From NCBI GenBank assembly GCA_000004985.1, contig GG738866.1: a stretch of 64,000 bases of DNA, one strand, 5' to 3'. This DNA comes from Naegleria gruberi (lineage: Eukaryota). Positions 42,229 through 56,186 of the stretch are shown piece after piece (positions within the stretch are counted from its first letter, which is position 1; the number at the start of each line of letters is the position of its first letter). The notes beneath the pieces are model-generated. The model searched no databases. It was not told where the DNA came from and saw only the letters and a list, made by a program, of their open reading frames with translations. The position numbers and the translations under genes are program-made.

Positions 42229-42357
42229 GTAAGGGATTAATTTTAATGCAAAATAATTGTAGAGATAAACAGAGATATGTTTAATAATAACGACTAGTAT
42301 TTATAAAAAGATAAGCTTTTTAATTTGGAAGTTTCCTAATTAATCACATTAAAAAGA

Positions 42358-45300
42358 ATGTCTGCTCTTAGCCACATCCTTAACACCCTCACCCTCCTCA
42401 TCACAATACTTCTGCTCACATCTCTATCACTCGGAGCCAAACAGCCATACATTCTTCCATACTGTGCCAAACTAACAGTAGAACCTTACAATGTGAAAAT
42501 TGCTACAGCTTCCACAACCATAACTTTCAAATCGACATCTGATCTGTGGTTCTTTCTCGACTCTTCATACTTTGCCCTTATTCCAAACAATACAGATCAT
42601 GGCAAGTTTGCTGACTTTGCTCGTTATTGTGTCTATTTGATGGACACTTCAACTTCCTACACTTATTTACCAGCTGTGAATAGTATGAATTTGACGAGTA
42701 CTAAAACTTTCACAGCCACATTTACCAGTTTACCAAATAACAAGAGACTCTCACTGTCAATGTCAAGTTGTTTCTTTACATTATACAGAGAGAGTGAATA
42801 TCATCAAGAGCTTGTGCCAATTCCACCAATTAGTATCTACAATTATGCAACTGGTACTGGAACTGTTTCATCTTTTGCTCCGACCTATGATTATGATTCA
42901 TACTATGCCAAGTATTGTCTTAATAAGGCAACGAATGATTCAAGATATTCAGCAGAGACTTTCACCAGCACAACTTCAACATCAACTGTAGCCAGTTCTT
43001 TATCTTTGATATCGGAAAGCACTTTTGCAAAAACATATTCCAATTCTGGACTATCTATTTCTGGTAAATGGAAAACAGACTCGTTCTCTTCGCAAATTAA
43101 TTCATTCACCTATTCCAATTACAATTATCAACTCTTCAATCCAATCAATATGAATTTCAAGAAAAATGCAACTTTTATCAAGTATCCTCTCAAATGGAAA
43201 CGTCACATTAATGTGGCATCTGAGTCTGTCAGTTTCACAGTGCCATCAGATACTTCCATCACAAAGAGATGTGCAGATCCTCAAGAATTACAAGATTTAC
43301 TCGACACCTGCATTTCTACCAATCAAATTTTTAAGGTAAATGATGTAGAAGGAGGAACTCCATGGCATTATGGAGCTAATCCTTCATCTCCAGCTGAGGT
43401 TTCAGATGTCAACATTTTAATAACCTATTCTTATTACGAAGCTATTTTCTATTCAGGACTGGCTCTTCCTTATTTGAGAGCTCTCATAGTTAATGGAACT
43501 TTGACAATTGCAAGAACTGACATTTCAAATTCATATTTTTATTGTGCAAAGAATACTTTGAGAAACCAATTCCAATATTGGGATTCCACAGTTTATCACT
43601 TTATCAAGTTTAGTACTATTCATAACATGTATTCATTTGATTCAAGTAGGAAGAGTTATGATTTGAATACAATGGCAGGAATTGGCATTGGATCTCAAAA
43701 TATTCAATTGACTAATTTCGAAAATCAAAATGCAAAGAGTGAGAATGGAGTTTCTTTGCAGATTAGTGATACTTCACTGGATGATACATTCTATTCTCAA
43801 ACAAGAGTTGTTCCAATCTATCAATATAACGAAACAATCAATTCAGTTTTTGATTTGACATTTATTTATGATTCTGAGCTTGGATCCAAGACAGGTGGTG
43901 CTTTGGTGACACAGGAAGATTTTGTGACAACTTATAAATCAACTGCTTGTGCTGAAAAGTATGGTTCCAGACTTGATACTCAATTGAGCAATTTCTTTAC
44001 GTCAAGTGCTTATACTTTTATTAGAATTCCAGAGTTTGCCAATAGACTAAACTATTCCAAGTCTATTTCCTATAATATAACATCAAACTCTATACAAATG
44101 AATTATCTAAACACTGAGCAAGCCGTTCAGTTCAGTTTACTAGTAGATTCTTCATTATTAGTTTACAAAGAGGCAAGAATTTCACTTGCAGATTATTCCT
44201 TCTTTGTAACACCAAATAGACAAGAATGGAATGAAATGAATGCTACCTTGAATGTAAATATAACAAATAGTGGAGAAATTAAAGGAACTTTTCAAGTGAC
44301 AGCAACTTGTGGTTCACCAATCACAGTTAAGGAAGCTAATGTCAAGACTGCTGACATTGAAAATGGAAAATCAACTTTGATTCAATTTGGAGTGACCAAT
44401 TCAGAATGGAAATCATATAAGGATTTACTAAATGTTTCCTGTTTGGTAAATGTTAAAATTATTAAGGAAGAATTATGGACCAGTACGAATAAGGAAATTA
44501 CTATATATGAAACTATTGTTTTGGATCATGGTTACTTTGTACCATATTGCGAACAAAAATATAACGAGCCATTTATTGAATTTTCTGAGAGCCATTTGAA
44601 TCAATCCAAATTTACAAGAATTTCGAATACGTTTTACAATTCTATTCTATTCGCAGTGAAAAGCAATACAACAGATCAAATTTCTGCCAGATACAGTATA
44701 TCAGTCATCCCAACAGACGATAACCCATTTATTCTTTCAAATTCTTCAATACTGACCTTTGAATTAATACCTCAACAAGAAACAACTCTGAATTTGGAAA
44801 TTGTGGGAATTGACTTTGAGAAAATCATGAAAGAACGAATTAATCTGAGCAATTATACCTTCCAAATCACAATCCAGAATATGGATACAGCTGACTGTTG
44901 GTCCGATTATGGAAAATCCATCATCCAACCATTCACGTTCCATGTCGAATATTTGTGTCCAGACAATTTCGTAGGAGTTTTGTGTGATATTCCAGTATGT
45001 TATGGATACAATGCCACAGATATGGAGAACGTATGCTATGGACATGGGTCATGTCTAGCACCAGATACTTGTTCCTGCTTGAATGGTTATACTGCAGATA
45101 ATTGCTCTATACCTATTTGTTTTGATTACAATTCGACTGATGTCAGAGTGTGCTCATCACACGGTGAATGTTTATCACCAGATAATTGTCAATGTTCAAA
45201 TGAATGGACTGGTGATGAGTGTAGTATTCCAATATGTTTTGGAATTCCAGCAAATATTGAATCCACTTGTTATGGTCATGGTAACTGTTCTAATCCAGAT

Positions 45301-48300
45301 ACGTGTCAATGTATTTCAGGATATACATCATCTAATTGTTCAATTCCAGTTTGTTTTGGATTTAATGCTTCAGATATTTCAAATGTTTGTTCAAATCATG
45401 GACAATGTGTTTCACCTGATAACTGCCAATGCGAAAATGGTTATACTGGACTTAATTGCTCAATTCCAATTTGTTTTGGTAAGCATTTACTCATGAATGA
45501 ATCAGGTTTGATCTGCTCAACTCATGGTCATTGTGTGGATACAGACATTTGTCTTTGTTTTGATGGATATTATGGTCCACAATGTGAACTACATAATTGC
45601 TTCAATGTCCCGTTCAACGATTCAAACGTATGTTATGGACATGGTAATTGTACAGAACCAGACCAATGCCAATGTCAAGATGGCTACACTTCATCAAATT
45701 GCTCAATTCCAATTTGTTATAGTTATAATGCATCTGATATTTCAAATGTCTGTTCTACACATGGCAAATGTACTGAACCTGATGTGTGTGCATGTGATAG
45801 TGGGTACACTTCTTTGAACTGTTCAATTCCAATTTGTTTTGGAATTCATTTAGCAATGAATGAATCAATGTTAATTTGTTCATCACATGGTTATTGCGTT
45901 GAACCAGATACATGCATTTGCGAGAATGGATATTATGGAGCAATGTGTGAAATGCATAATTGCTTTGGTGTGAAATTTAATGACTCCACTGTATGTTATG
46001 GACACGGAAATTGCTCACAACCAGATTCCTGTGTTTGCTCAGATGGTTATACATCTGATAATTGCTCAATTCCAATTTGTTTTAACATCACAGCTTCAAA
46101 TTCACAAGTTTGTTCATCACACGGTGAATGTTTATCACCAGATAATTGTCAATGTTCAAAAGAATGGACTGGTGATGAGTGTAGTATTCCAATTTGTTTT
46201 GGAATTCCAGCAATTAATGAAACTGTTTGTTATGGACATGGTAATTGTTCTAATCCAGATACGTGTCAATGTAAATCAGGATATACTTCATCGAATTGTT
46301 CAATTCCTCTTTGTTATGGATTTAATGCTTCAGATATTTCAAATGTTTGTTCAAATCATGGACAATGCCTTGCTCCTGACACTTGCCAATGCGAAAATGG
46401 ATATACTGGACTTAATTGCTCAATTCCAATTTGTTTTGGTAAGCATTTACTCATGAATGAATNNNNNNNNNNNNNNNNNNNNNNNNNNNNNNNNNNNNNN
46501 NNNNNNNNNNNNCATTCCAATTTGTTTTGGAATTCCTGCAACCAACGAATCTGTTTGTTATGGACACGGCAACTGTACCTATCCAGACTATTGTACATGT
46601 AAGCATGGTTTCACATCTAGCTACTGCTTCATGCCAATGTGCTATGGATACAACGCCTCAGATGCTCAAGTTTGCTCTTCACATGGCCAATGCATCTATC
46701 CAGAGTTGTGTAAATGCTCAACTGGGTATACCTCAGAAAATTGTTCAATTCCTATTTGTTTTGGCGTTCATATCTTGATGAATGAAACAGCTCCCTGTTC
46801 CTCACATGGCCATTGTGTTGCTCATGACATTTGTCAATGTTATGACGGATATTATGGAGATAATTGTGAAATACATAATTGTTATGGAGTACCATTCAAT
46901 GATTCTGCAATGACTTGTTATGGCCATGGTAATTGTTCATCTCCAGATATTTGTCTTTGTGAAGAAGGTTATGTTTCGGATAATTGTTCGTTACCAGTTT
47001 GTTTTGGGCTCAATTCTTCTGATTCTAATGTTTGTTCTTCTCATGGACAGTGTATTAAGCCCAATGAATGTGAATGTTCGGTTTATTTTACAGGATTGCT
47101 TTGTGATATTCCAATATGTTTTGGAATTCCAGCAAGTAATGAATCTACTTGTTATGGACATGGTAATTGTTCTAATCCAGATACGTGTCAATGTATTTCA
47201 GGATATACTTCGGATAATTGTTCAATTCCAGTTTGTTTTGGATTTAATGCTTCAGATATTTCAAATGTTTGTTCAAATCATGGACAATGTATTTCACCTG
47301 ATAACTGCCAATGCGAAAATGGATATACTGGACTTAATTGCTCAATTCCAATTTGTTTTGGAAAACATTTACTCATGAATGAATCAGATTTGATATGCTC
47401 AACTCATGGACAGTGTGTGGATACAGACACTTGTCTTTGTGGTGATGGATATTATGGTCCACAATGTGAACTCCATGATTGTTTCCAAGTGCAATTCAAC
47501 GATTCAAACGTATGTTATGGACACGGTAATTGTACACATCCAAACCAATGCCAATGTCAATATGGTTACACTTCATCCAATTGCTCAATTCCAATTTGTT
47601 ATAGTTATAATGCATCTGATATTTCAAGTGTTTGTTCTGCACATGGTCAATGTATTGAACCTGATTTATGTGAATGTCTAAATGGTTACACTTCTTTGAA
47701 CTGTTCAATTCCAATTTGTTTTGGAATTCATTTAGAAATGAATGAGTCAATGTCAATTTGTTCATCACATGGTTATTGCGTTGGGCCAGATACATGCATT
47801 TGTGAGAATGGATATTATGGAGCAATGTGTGAATTGCACAGTTGTTTTGGTGTGAAATTTAATGACTCCACTGTATGTTATGGACATGGAAATTGTTCAC
47901 AACCAGATTCCTGTGTTTGCTCAGATGGTTATACATCTGATAATTGCTCAATTCCAATTTGTTTCAACATCACAGCTTCAAATTCACAAGTTTGTTCATC
48001 ACACGGTGAATGTTTATCACCAGATAATTGTCAATGTTCAAATGAATGGACTGGTGATGAGTGTAGTATTCCAATTTGTTTTGGAATTCCAGCAAGTAAT
48101 GAAACTGTTTGTTATGGACATGGTAATTGTTCATATCCAGATACGTGTCAATGTAAATCAGGATATACTTCATCGAAATGTTCAATTCCTATTTGTTTTG
48201 GATTTAATGCTTCAGATATTTCAAATGTTTGTTCAAATCATGGACAATGCCTTGCTCCTGACATTTGCCAATGCGAAAATGGTTATACTGGATTTAATTG

Positions 48301-51300
48301 CTCAATTCCAATATGTTTTGGAAAACATTTACTCATGAATGAATCAGATTTGATCTGTTCATCCCATGGTGGGTGTATTTCACCTGATACATGTCTATGC
48401 GATAATGGATTTTATGGCCCACAATGTGATTTATTCGATTGTTTTGGAATACAATATAATGATTCGAATACTTGTTATGGAAATGGTAAATGCATTTCAC
48501 CAAATTTGTGCGAATGTTACGATGGATGGACATTTACAAATTGCTCCATTCCTTTATGTTATAATTTAACAGCCTCTGATACGAATGTTTGTTCTTCACA
48601 TGGAAATTGTCTGAAACCTAACGAATGCCAATGTCACGAAGGATTTACATTTGAAAATTGTTCAATTCCAATTTGTTTTAACGTGAACGCATCAGATTCT
48701 AATATTTGCAGTGGACATGGTACATGTATCTCTCCAAATAATTGTTCATGTGAAGAGAATTATTTTAATGCCAATTGTGAAGAAACTACTTGTTTTGGAC
48801 TTGTTTCTAATAGTTTACAAAGTTGTGGTGGATTTGGTAATTGTACAGCATTTGATATTTGTGAATGTGACTCGAAACATGTTGGAGAAAACTGTTCCAT
48901 TACTTTTTGTTTCGGATTACTTTCTAACAATTCGAACAATGTTTGCTCGGGCAAAGGTCAATGTTTAGAATACGACCACTGTAACTGTTCACAAGGTTAC
49001 TATGGAGAATCATGCGACTTATTCGATTGTTTCGACATGCCAAAAAATTCTTCACTTGTCTGTTCAGGAAAAGGTAAATGTTTAGATTCGAATATTTGTA
49101 AATGCGGTATAGGATTTTATGGAGATTATTGTCAAGATTTTGATTGTTTTGGAATTCACAAAGATGATCCAAATGTCTGTTCTAGAGTTTCTCCATGTAC
49201 TTCTCCCAATAATTGCTCCTGTCCAGCTGGATATTACGGAGCTAGTTGTGAACTATTCAATTGCTTTGAAATTCAAAGCAACTCCTCTAAAGTTTGTTCT
49301 GAACATGGGAAATGTCACTTGCCAAATAATTGTTCTTGTGAAGAAGGATATTTTGGGAGAGATTGTTCAGAATTTGAATGTAATTTCATTCACAAAAATA
49401 ATGAAACTGTTTGCAGCTCAAATGGAAAATGTCACTCACCAAATAATTGTTCATGTTTTGATCATTATTATGGAGAAGATTGCGAATTATTTAATTGTTT
49501 TGGGAAAGCATTCAATTCTTCACTGGTTTGCTCTGGAAATGGCCAATGCCTCGATTACAATAATTGTAAATGTAATATATCATTTTTAGGTGTGGAATGC
49601 CAAGATTTTACCTGCCATGGATTACATTTTAATGATTCGAATGTTTGCAGTGGAAATGGAAGCTGTTTATCTTTGGATAATTGCACATGTTTTGATGGAT
49701 TTACTGGGAGTGATTGTGAAATTAATATTCCAGATCCAATTATTGAGAGAAATGAAACTAATAACCAAACTGAAACAACAAATTCAACTCTATTTAGTAA
49801 TCAAACAAGTAGTGATGATAATTCTACCCTGTTTGATAATTCCACTTTGATTAATGGAAATAATCAAACTGAAATGTCTAATTCAACTTTAGAAAGCAAT
49901 CAAACTGTTGTTATTGAAAACTCAACACTACCATTAACGAATCAAACCCTTAATTCATCTTCCATAAATGGAAATCAAACTGAGGTATCAAATTCAACAG
50001 CACTCACAAGTAACCAAACTAATGTTATTGATAATTCTACTTCTTCTGAAAATTCAACATTATCAGCCACCAATCAAACTTTGAATTCCACTTCTGTAAA
50101 TATTAATAACCAAACCGAAACTAATTCTACTGATTCCAATAATTCCACTCTAGAGTCGTGTTCTCAACATGACGGTATACAATGTTCTGGTAATGGATTT
50201 TGCAATCATTCTGAATGTATTTGTGAAAATGGTTACCACGGAACCGATTGCAATCTATTCGAATGTTTTGGAATCAATTCGACTAATTCTCAAGTCTGTT
50301 CTGGTAATGGCCAGTGTGAATCTCCTAATTTATGTGCCTGTAAAGAAGGATATCTATCACCCAATTGTTCCTCATTCACTTGCTTTTCCAAACTAAACTC
50401 AGAACCATTAGTTTGCTCTGGACACGGATATTGCCAAGATCTAAACTCGTGCCAATGTGATTCTGGTTTCTATGGCCCTCAATGTGACCTTATCAAATGC
50501 TTCTCCGTCCTCTCCAATGAATCATCAACAGTTTGTCAAGGTCGTGGAAATTGCACAAATCCTGACACATGTCAATGTGAAACGGGATATCACGGTCCAG
50601 AATGTAACATTCCAGTATGTTTTGGCAATTACAATGAAAATTCAACAAGTGTTTGTAATGGAAATGGTCAATGTTTTGCAAAGGATACATGTCAATGTAA
50701 TGAAGGATATCTTGGTGAAGAATGTCATTTGACAGTCTGTAACAAAACTTCATGTGTTTATGGTGTTTGTGAAAGTGCTTTGAATTGTAAATGTAATGTT
50801 GGATATGGAGGAAAAAATTGTGAGCAAGTCATTTGTTTTGGTCATTTGGCATCTGACATTAATGTTTGTAAGGGAAATGGATATTGCATAGCTCCTGACA
50901 AGTGTAATTGTTCAAGTTTGAAATATAGTGGAAAGGAATGTCAATTCGAACAAGATTCTGATGAGCAATGCTCCATTTATGGAGATTTAACAATTTTTAA
51001 TTCTAATTGGATGAGTGAAAGTTTGAAAATTGGTTTGAGTGGAAAATTGAATCAAACTTTGAGGTCAACTATCAAATATTCTCCTAATTTATTTTCAATG
51101 AATAGTTTCAAATATCTAATCAAGATTCAAAATAACGGAATTAGAAGTTTCGAATATTCTATTCGATCATATTGTGAAAATGGAAATTCTTTCAAGAGTT
51201 TAGGAAAGATGGTTAACTCTATTGAAAGCTCTAAATCATTAACTCAATACGAAAGTATCCAAATTGAAAATGATGCTTTTGGATTTGCATTCTATTCTCT

Positions 51301-52696
51301 TGACGAAAGATTTGAAAATATCGAATGCAATATCGAACTGAGTATGAAACCTCTAGATAGAAAAGACAATTGTTTGGTTTATGATTCTATTCATGATCCT
51401 ACTTCTTCATATAACTACAAAATATTGATGATATTTGAGAATGTTGATTCTTGCCTCTTTATGAAAGAAAATGAAAATGGTCTAGTTGACTTGACCATTC
51501 AAAATTCAGTCCTATCAAGCCTCACAAATCAATCTTCTGAATTATACAATTATGAAACCAATTCTACAGAAAGCTATCTTAAAATTCTTTCCATTTTCCC
51601 ACAGAAGCGTAATAATTGGCAAATAATCCAGTCAACCAATGACAACAACACAACAACCTCAACATCTGCATCTCTGTTAATCACAGCTCAATTAATCAAT
51701 CCAGAAAATCTCTACGGTATATTCATTCCTGCTCTATACTGCCAGGACGACAGTATTTCAAGTGGGGACTCCTTTACAACAAGTTCTAGCTCTCTAACTC
51801 TTTATCATGAAATGTCAAAATTAGTTTTCCAATTCAACATTACAATTCAAAACATTTCACAAGATTTGATTGATTATGGAAGAGTCAGAGGTGGTAAGGA
51901 AGGCACAGCATCCATTAATATCGATTCCATGAACCTTAATTGTTCATTACTACTCATACCATCACCTGCCAAATGTTGGACATCAAAAATTGATAACCAA
52001 TCCAAACGTTCTCTTCCACAACCTTCTACTCAACTCCAACTCTACCTCCAATCACTCAAAAAACTAATATGTCACTTTACCCTGCCAATTGTCTCTGGCG
52101 AATTTAAATTCATCCAAAGTGTCAGATCATTCGAAATTGCCCTAACCTATACTTGTATGACTCTTGGATTCGCCTCAATGATTTGCACAACCAAAGGTCC
52201 AAGAGATCGTAAACACTCCCTACTACAGTTAGTAGATTTCGTAAAACAAACTAGACGAAACAAGCTCGAACAAGATGAACAAGACGAAACTCATTCCACC
52301 CATGAAACAGAGAAAAATTTACCTTACTGCGACAATTGTGGGCATAAAACCTTGAAAAAGGCGAAATTTGAGATTAGCTTTGATGGTCAACAATCAGAAA
52401 GTGAAATTGGATTTTTCGTGTGCGAACAGCAAGAATGTTTTGAAGCATTGTGTTCGTTATACAATGAAAATTATAGTGAATATTTCACATGTTATGATTG
52501 TAGATCTGGTCAATTGGTGAAATTCCCGCCATTTTTGATGGTGGGTGTGGATTGTGTTGATGATTTGCCTGCTGGTGCAGAATCACAAATTTTGTTGAAT
52601 GCCTTTGATGCTGATGAATATGGAGATCTTGATGAAGAAACAGTAGACGAAACATTTGATACAGTGTTATTGGATTCGAATACTAGTAGATCTTGA
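42358..52696 (+). CDS. Giant secreted/type-I-membrane EGF-like-repeat receptor-like protein (>3400 aa), interrupted by an assembly gap
   Basis: ATG at 42358 is followed by a signal peptide ('MSALSHILNTLTLLITILLLTSLSLGA'). A Cys-poor N-terminal domain of ~850 aa comes first, then roughly 60 EGF/tenascin-type modules ('CS.HG.C..PD.C.C..GYT...CSIPICFG') dense in N-glycosylation sites. These are followed by a Ser/Thr/Asn-rich stalk, further EGF modules and a non-EGF domain. A candidate TM 'IALTYTCMTLGFASMICTT' is followed by a 'KGPRDRKHS' tail carrying 'CDNCGH...C....C...CYDCRSG' and an acidic C-terminus. The ORFs 42358..46602 and 46457..52696 are separated only by the N-gap. Confidence 0.6.
45228..48340 (+). 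repeat. Intragenic tandem repeat, ~962-bp unit (~10 EGF modules), at least 4 copies at ~90-97% identity
   Basis: The unit start 'GTAGTATTCCAAT(A/T)TGTTTTGGAATTCCAGCAA' recurs at 45222, 46183, 47101 and 48065. Long near-identical stretches are shared (for example 45301-45480 vs 47161-47350). The assembly gap falls inside copy 2. Confidence 0.7.
46463..46512. other. Assembly gap (50 N)
   Basis: Run of N bases. It lies within the high-identity tandem repeat array of the EGF-repeat gene, so the true length is unknown. Confidence 0.95.
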
Positions 52697-52759
52697 TCAT
52701 TTCACAAATCAACAATCTTCAATTACAAATAAAGGCATTCGCTTTGTTTCAGTGTTTCA

Positions 52760-52930
52760 CTCACTTCTTACAATTCGCAAGTCCCAACCAACACTTTCAC
52801 TTTTCACACTTGACATTTGGCAGATAACTCTGCCATCCCAACACCTCACACCATCTCCAACCAACAAACTCTTCCTCACCATCCACTATCTCCAATATCA
52901 CCTTTTGACCCATTCACTCCCATTGTAAAC
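52760..52930 (+). promoter_or_regulatory. G-depleted, C/T/A-rich tract in the 5' flank (presumed leader/promoter) of the GATA-factor gene
   Basis: A run of ~170 nt with very few G ('ccaaccaacactttcacttttcacacttgacatttggcagataactctgccatcccaacacctcacaccatctccaaccaacaaactcttcctcaccatccactatctccaatatcacc'), 150-320 nt upstream of the ATG. This composition is atypical for the window. Confidence 0.3.
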
Positions 52931-53079
52931 AGTTCCAAATATGACTCGTGAAAATGAATTATAAAACATTGCATGTCATTAGATTAGATGCGGTTGTGGA
53001 AACCGTTACCAATCTAGTCAAGTTGGCCCTTCTGGTAGTTGTGGCAAATCATTTCCATGTTAAAAAATCTTGAAAAAAA

Positions 53080-55401
53080 ATGTTTCCACAACAACAATTT
53101 GACAATAGACAGCAAATGTCACATCAAGACGAAGAAGATGGCGGCTCTGGATCGTTTCATCTGCCATCGATTCATACGTTTATTCAGAATTCGAATAGTG
53201 GTAATTCGCAGCAACAACCACATCATAGCTATCCAAGTCCACATTATCCATTTTCTTCTCCATTTCTTTCGGCTTCCCATGGTTCGAACAGTTCAAGACC
53301 ACGTTCTCAAGATTCGATAATGAGTGGTCTTTCGAATTTCAGTAATCATCATTCATCACATTCGAATAATGTTTCTAATAATTTCCAATATCATCACCAA
53401 CAGTTTTCGAATAATCAGCAACACAATAATCATCAGGATTATTCTAATAATCATAATCAAATGGAAGATGAATCACCAACCATGTCCTCTTCAACCTCCT
53501 CCTTTTCGAATAATGACAACCAACTTTCGAATAACAACCAACATCGAACCCAACGATCCAATTCCTCTCTGATGACCAACCACCAACTCAACAGAAAAGC
53601 AGTCATCACTCCAAATGGCATTAATCTACCTCCAAGTCTTTCCCACAACAATTATTCGAATCCTCACCAACACTATCCTATTCTACCCCAGCAACAACAA
53701 CAACACAACCTTGTTACTCCACAACAACAACCTCCATCCAACAGCACCACGCCATCGTTGTCCACTACCAATCACATTTCTAATAATGTAGTTATTGGAA
53801 CCTTTCCAGTTGGAAATTCCTATTCTTATCATTCACCTCAACAATCTCTTCATCACGTGCAACAACAACTTTATATTCATCACGATCCACAACAACAACA
53901 AACTTTCTTTCCCACCACTCCAAATTCAACTTCATCTTCAACTGCTCCTCCTCCGATGGTGGTGGTTCATCATCAACCTTTAAATGCACATGTAATGATG
54001 AATACCAATACTACTAATAATAATACATTGGCCAATAATAATAATAATTATTATAATCATTCTCATGGTGCTGCTAATAATAATGCTAATAATGCTAATA
54101 ATAATGAATTTTATCCACCATTGCCACCAAAGCCATCACGTCCAGTGCCAATTTCCAATATTTCATTCAGTGGCATTGTTAATAATTATAATAATAATAA
54201 TAATAGCAGTAAGGATAATCAATTGTCTTGTGCATCATTGTCGACAAGTAATGCTTCGTCAGTGAATGGACAATCGGCAGTGATGATGACGAATCAGTTT
54301 GGGATTAATCCACTACCTTGGGATAATAATAGTAAGATGATTAGGTCATTTTCGAATTTTCAACCTAAACCACCTAAAAAGACAAAGAGTTCTGTAAAGC
54401 AATGTGAAAATCCAAAGTGTAATGCTACTGATACTCCATTATGGAGGTAAGTATTTGATATTTTTATTGTAAATATTTAACATTTTACAATAATTATGTG
54501 AAATTTCTTAATTTGAATCACATGTATTAGAAAGGGATATTTCGTCGAAGGTGGAAGAAGAGCCAATTTGTGTAATGCTTGTGGACTTCATTATCGTAAG
54601 GGACATTTTTGTAAATTTTGTAATGAAATTTACAGAGATGTTAATGAGCTCGTTTCCACAGAGCCATGGATTTTGTGTTGCGCTTGTGAGAGGTATATGC
54701 ACAGAAAGTGTGTTCAACAGGCAGGTATTTCCCTTCCAAAATCTCAAAGTCATCAACACATTTCACAATCAGTGAATGATCAGTTCTATTGTGATGAATG
54801 TGGAGGTACTAGGACATTACAATCATCCATCACTGCAACTGCAATCAACAATGATCCTGCCACTGCTGTCAGCAGCACTTCCACAACAATGCTCACTGAA
54901 AAGATGGATGAAACCTCCTTTGAATCAAGTCCAATCCTTAATGCAATTGCCAACAATTCAACCTCACCACCAAAGACATCACCTGGTTGTAGACCTCTTT
55001 CATTCCAAGCTCCTCCATCAACTGCACAAGTGAGAGTTGCAACTAGACCATTCACTGTGAGTGCAGACAGAGAGAATGTAGTCTCACTTTTAATGAGACA
55101 CAATGAGACCAACGTGATGGGTATGATGAATGCTCCAAATCCATTTGTAAATAATACTGCTTCTGCTGCAAATGTTGAAGAAGAAAATGGTGAAAATCAC
55201 AATTCTTCACAACAACATGAAACAACCTCTGGTCTCAACAATTATTACAATTTGAAGAATAGACCACTTCCTCCAATTCCATCCAATAATGGAAAAGTTT
55301 TTGCAGAGCAAACAAATTCAACAACAACCTCACCACCAAATATGAGAGAAGGTAATACTCTACCTTCCATTAATTTCCTACTCACACCTCCAAATAATTA
55401 A
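53080..55401 (+). CDS. GATA-like zinc-finger transcription factor (poly-N/Q-rich) with atypical finger spacing
   Basis: Exon 1 is 53080..54446 (real ATG). The intron spans 54447..54530 (GTAAGT...TATTAG, phase 2). Exon 2 is 54531..55401. The spliced finger reads 'CENPKCNATDTPLWR|KGYFVEGGRRANLCNACGLHYRKGHF'. The TPLWR and CNACGL hallmarks are present, but the spacing is C-X4-C-X22-C-X2-C rather than the canonical C-X2-C-X17/18-C-X2-C. A second Cys/His cluster follows ('CKFCNEIY...CCACERYMHRKC'). Confidence 0.6.
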
Positions 55402-55448
55402 TTTTTGAAATCAAGAGCAAACTTTATTCGAGTTGACATTGTAATAAA

Positions 55449-56186
55449 TTAAAACATATTGAAGGCACAACTTGTTGAGGTTCCTGACCTAGTCATTTTG
55501 ATTTGGTGGTGCTCTCTTTCTTCTTCTTTATCTTCTTTCGTGATGATTCTCTTTCTTTTGATATCATCTAGGGATTCATTTACAGAGGTGGGTTGGTACT
55601 TGTATGAGTTTTCTTTTAGGAATTGATCAAAGGATTGGAAATTGTTGGGAGTAATGGTTAGGTGGAGGTAATTATTAGGAAGGGAAGGAGGATTGGAAGG
55701 TATGGCCTGATTCATTGAGGTGGTGACACCTCCTTGATTACCTAGATTACAGTGTTGTTGAGGAAAATTGTCAGATTGGCAAACCATCATATCATTGGTT
55801 GATACAATTTTTGCATTATGGGAAAAGTCTTGTATGTTTGTGGGAATCTGCATTCCTGAATAATCACTTGTTGGATGTTGATAAATTGAGGTAGGGGTGG
55901 ATGTATTTGTGAAAGATGGTCTAGAATTATCATTAGATTGATTATTAAATATTGACAGGTGTTGATGGTAGTTATTGTTATATTGTTCCAAGTATTGTGA
56001 TGAGAGTGTAGGAGGAGAATGATGGTTTGTGAAAGGAAGTGGTTGACCACCATGTTGTTGTATGTTGTTAGTGGATGCTGCTGAAGGATTGCAATATAAA
56101 TTAATGTAGGAAGGCAAAGAAGATGATCTTCTTAAACTACTATTAGGAGATTCAAATCTACCACCTTCAAGGTATTTAGGTTTCAT
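55449..56186 (-). CDS. Hypothetical low-complexity (Asn/Ser/Gln/Pro-rich) protein with basic-acidic C-terminal segment
   Basis: The open frame runs 55449..56195 and the first ATG is at 56186. No recognisable domain. The coding status rests only on ORF length and composition. Confidence 0.3.
   Translation of the reverse strand: MKPKYLEGGRFESPNSSLRRSSSLPSYINLYCNPSAASTNNIQQHGGQPLPFTNHHSPPTLSSQYLEQYNNNYHQHLSIFNNQSNDNSRPSFTNTSTPTSIYQHPTSDYSGMQIPTNIQDFSHNAKIVSTNDMMVCQSDNFPQQHCNLGNQGGVTTSMNQAIPSNPPSLPNNYLHLTITPNNFQSFDQFLKENSYKYQPTSVNESLDDIKRKRIITKEDKEEEREHHQIKMTRSGTSTSCAFNMF

Noticed and set aside
45228-48340. Regularly spaced, near-identical repeats that could superficially suggest a CRISPR-like array
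   Set aside because: The units are 962 bp, in frame and coding (EGF modules), in a eukaryotic intron-containing context. This is not a repeat-spacer architecture.
42794-50753. Dozens of 60-160-aa ORFs on both strands inside the EGF-repeat gene (e.g. 45083..45496, 45980..46456, 46920..47378, 47862..48338)
   Set aside because: They are alternate-frame and antisense readings of the same low-complexity Cys/Gly codon repeats. They recur because the DNA is tandemly repeated, not because they are genes.
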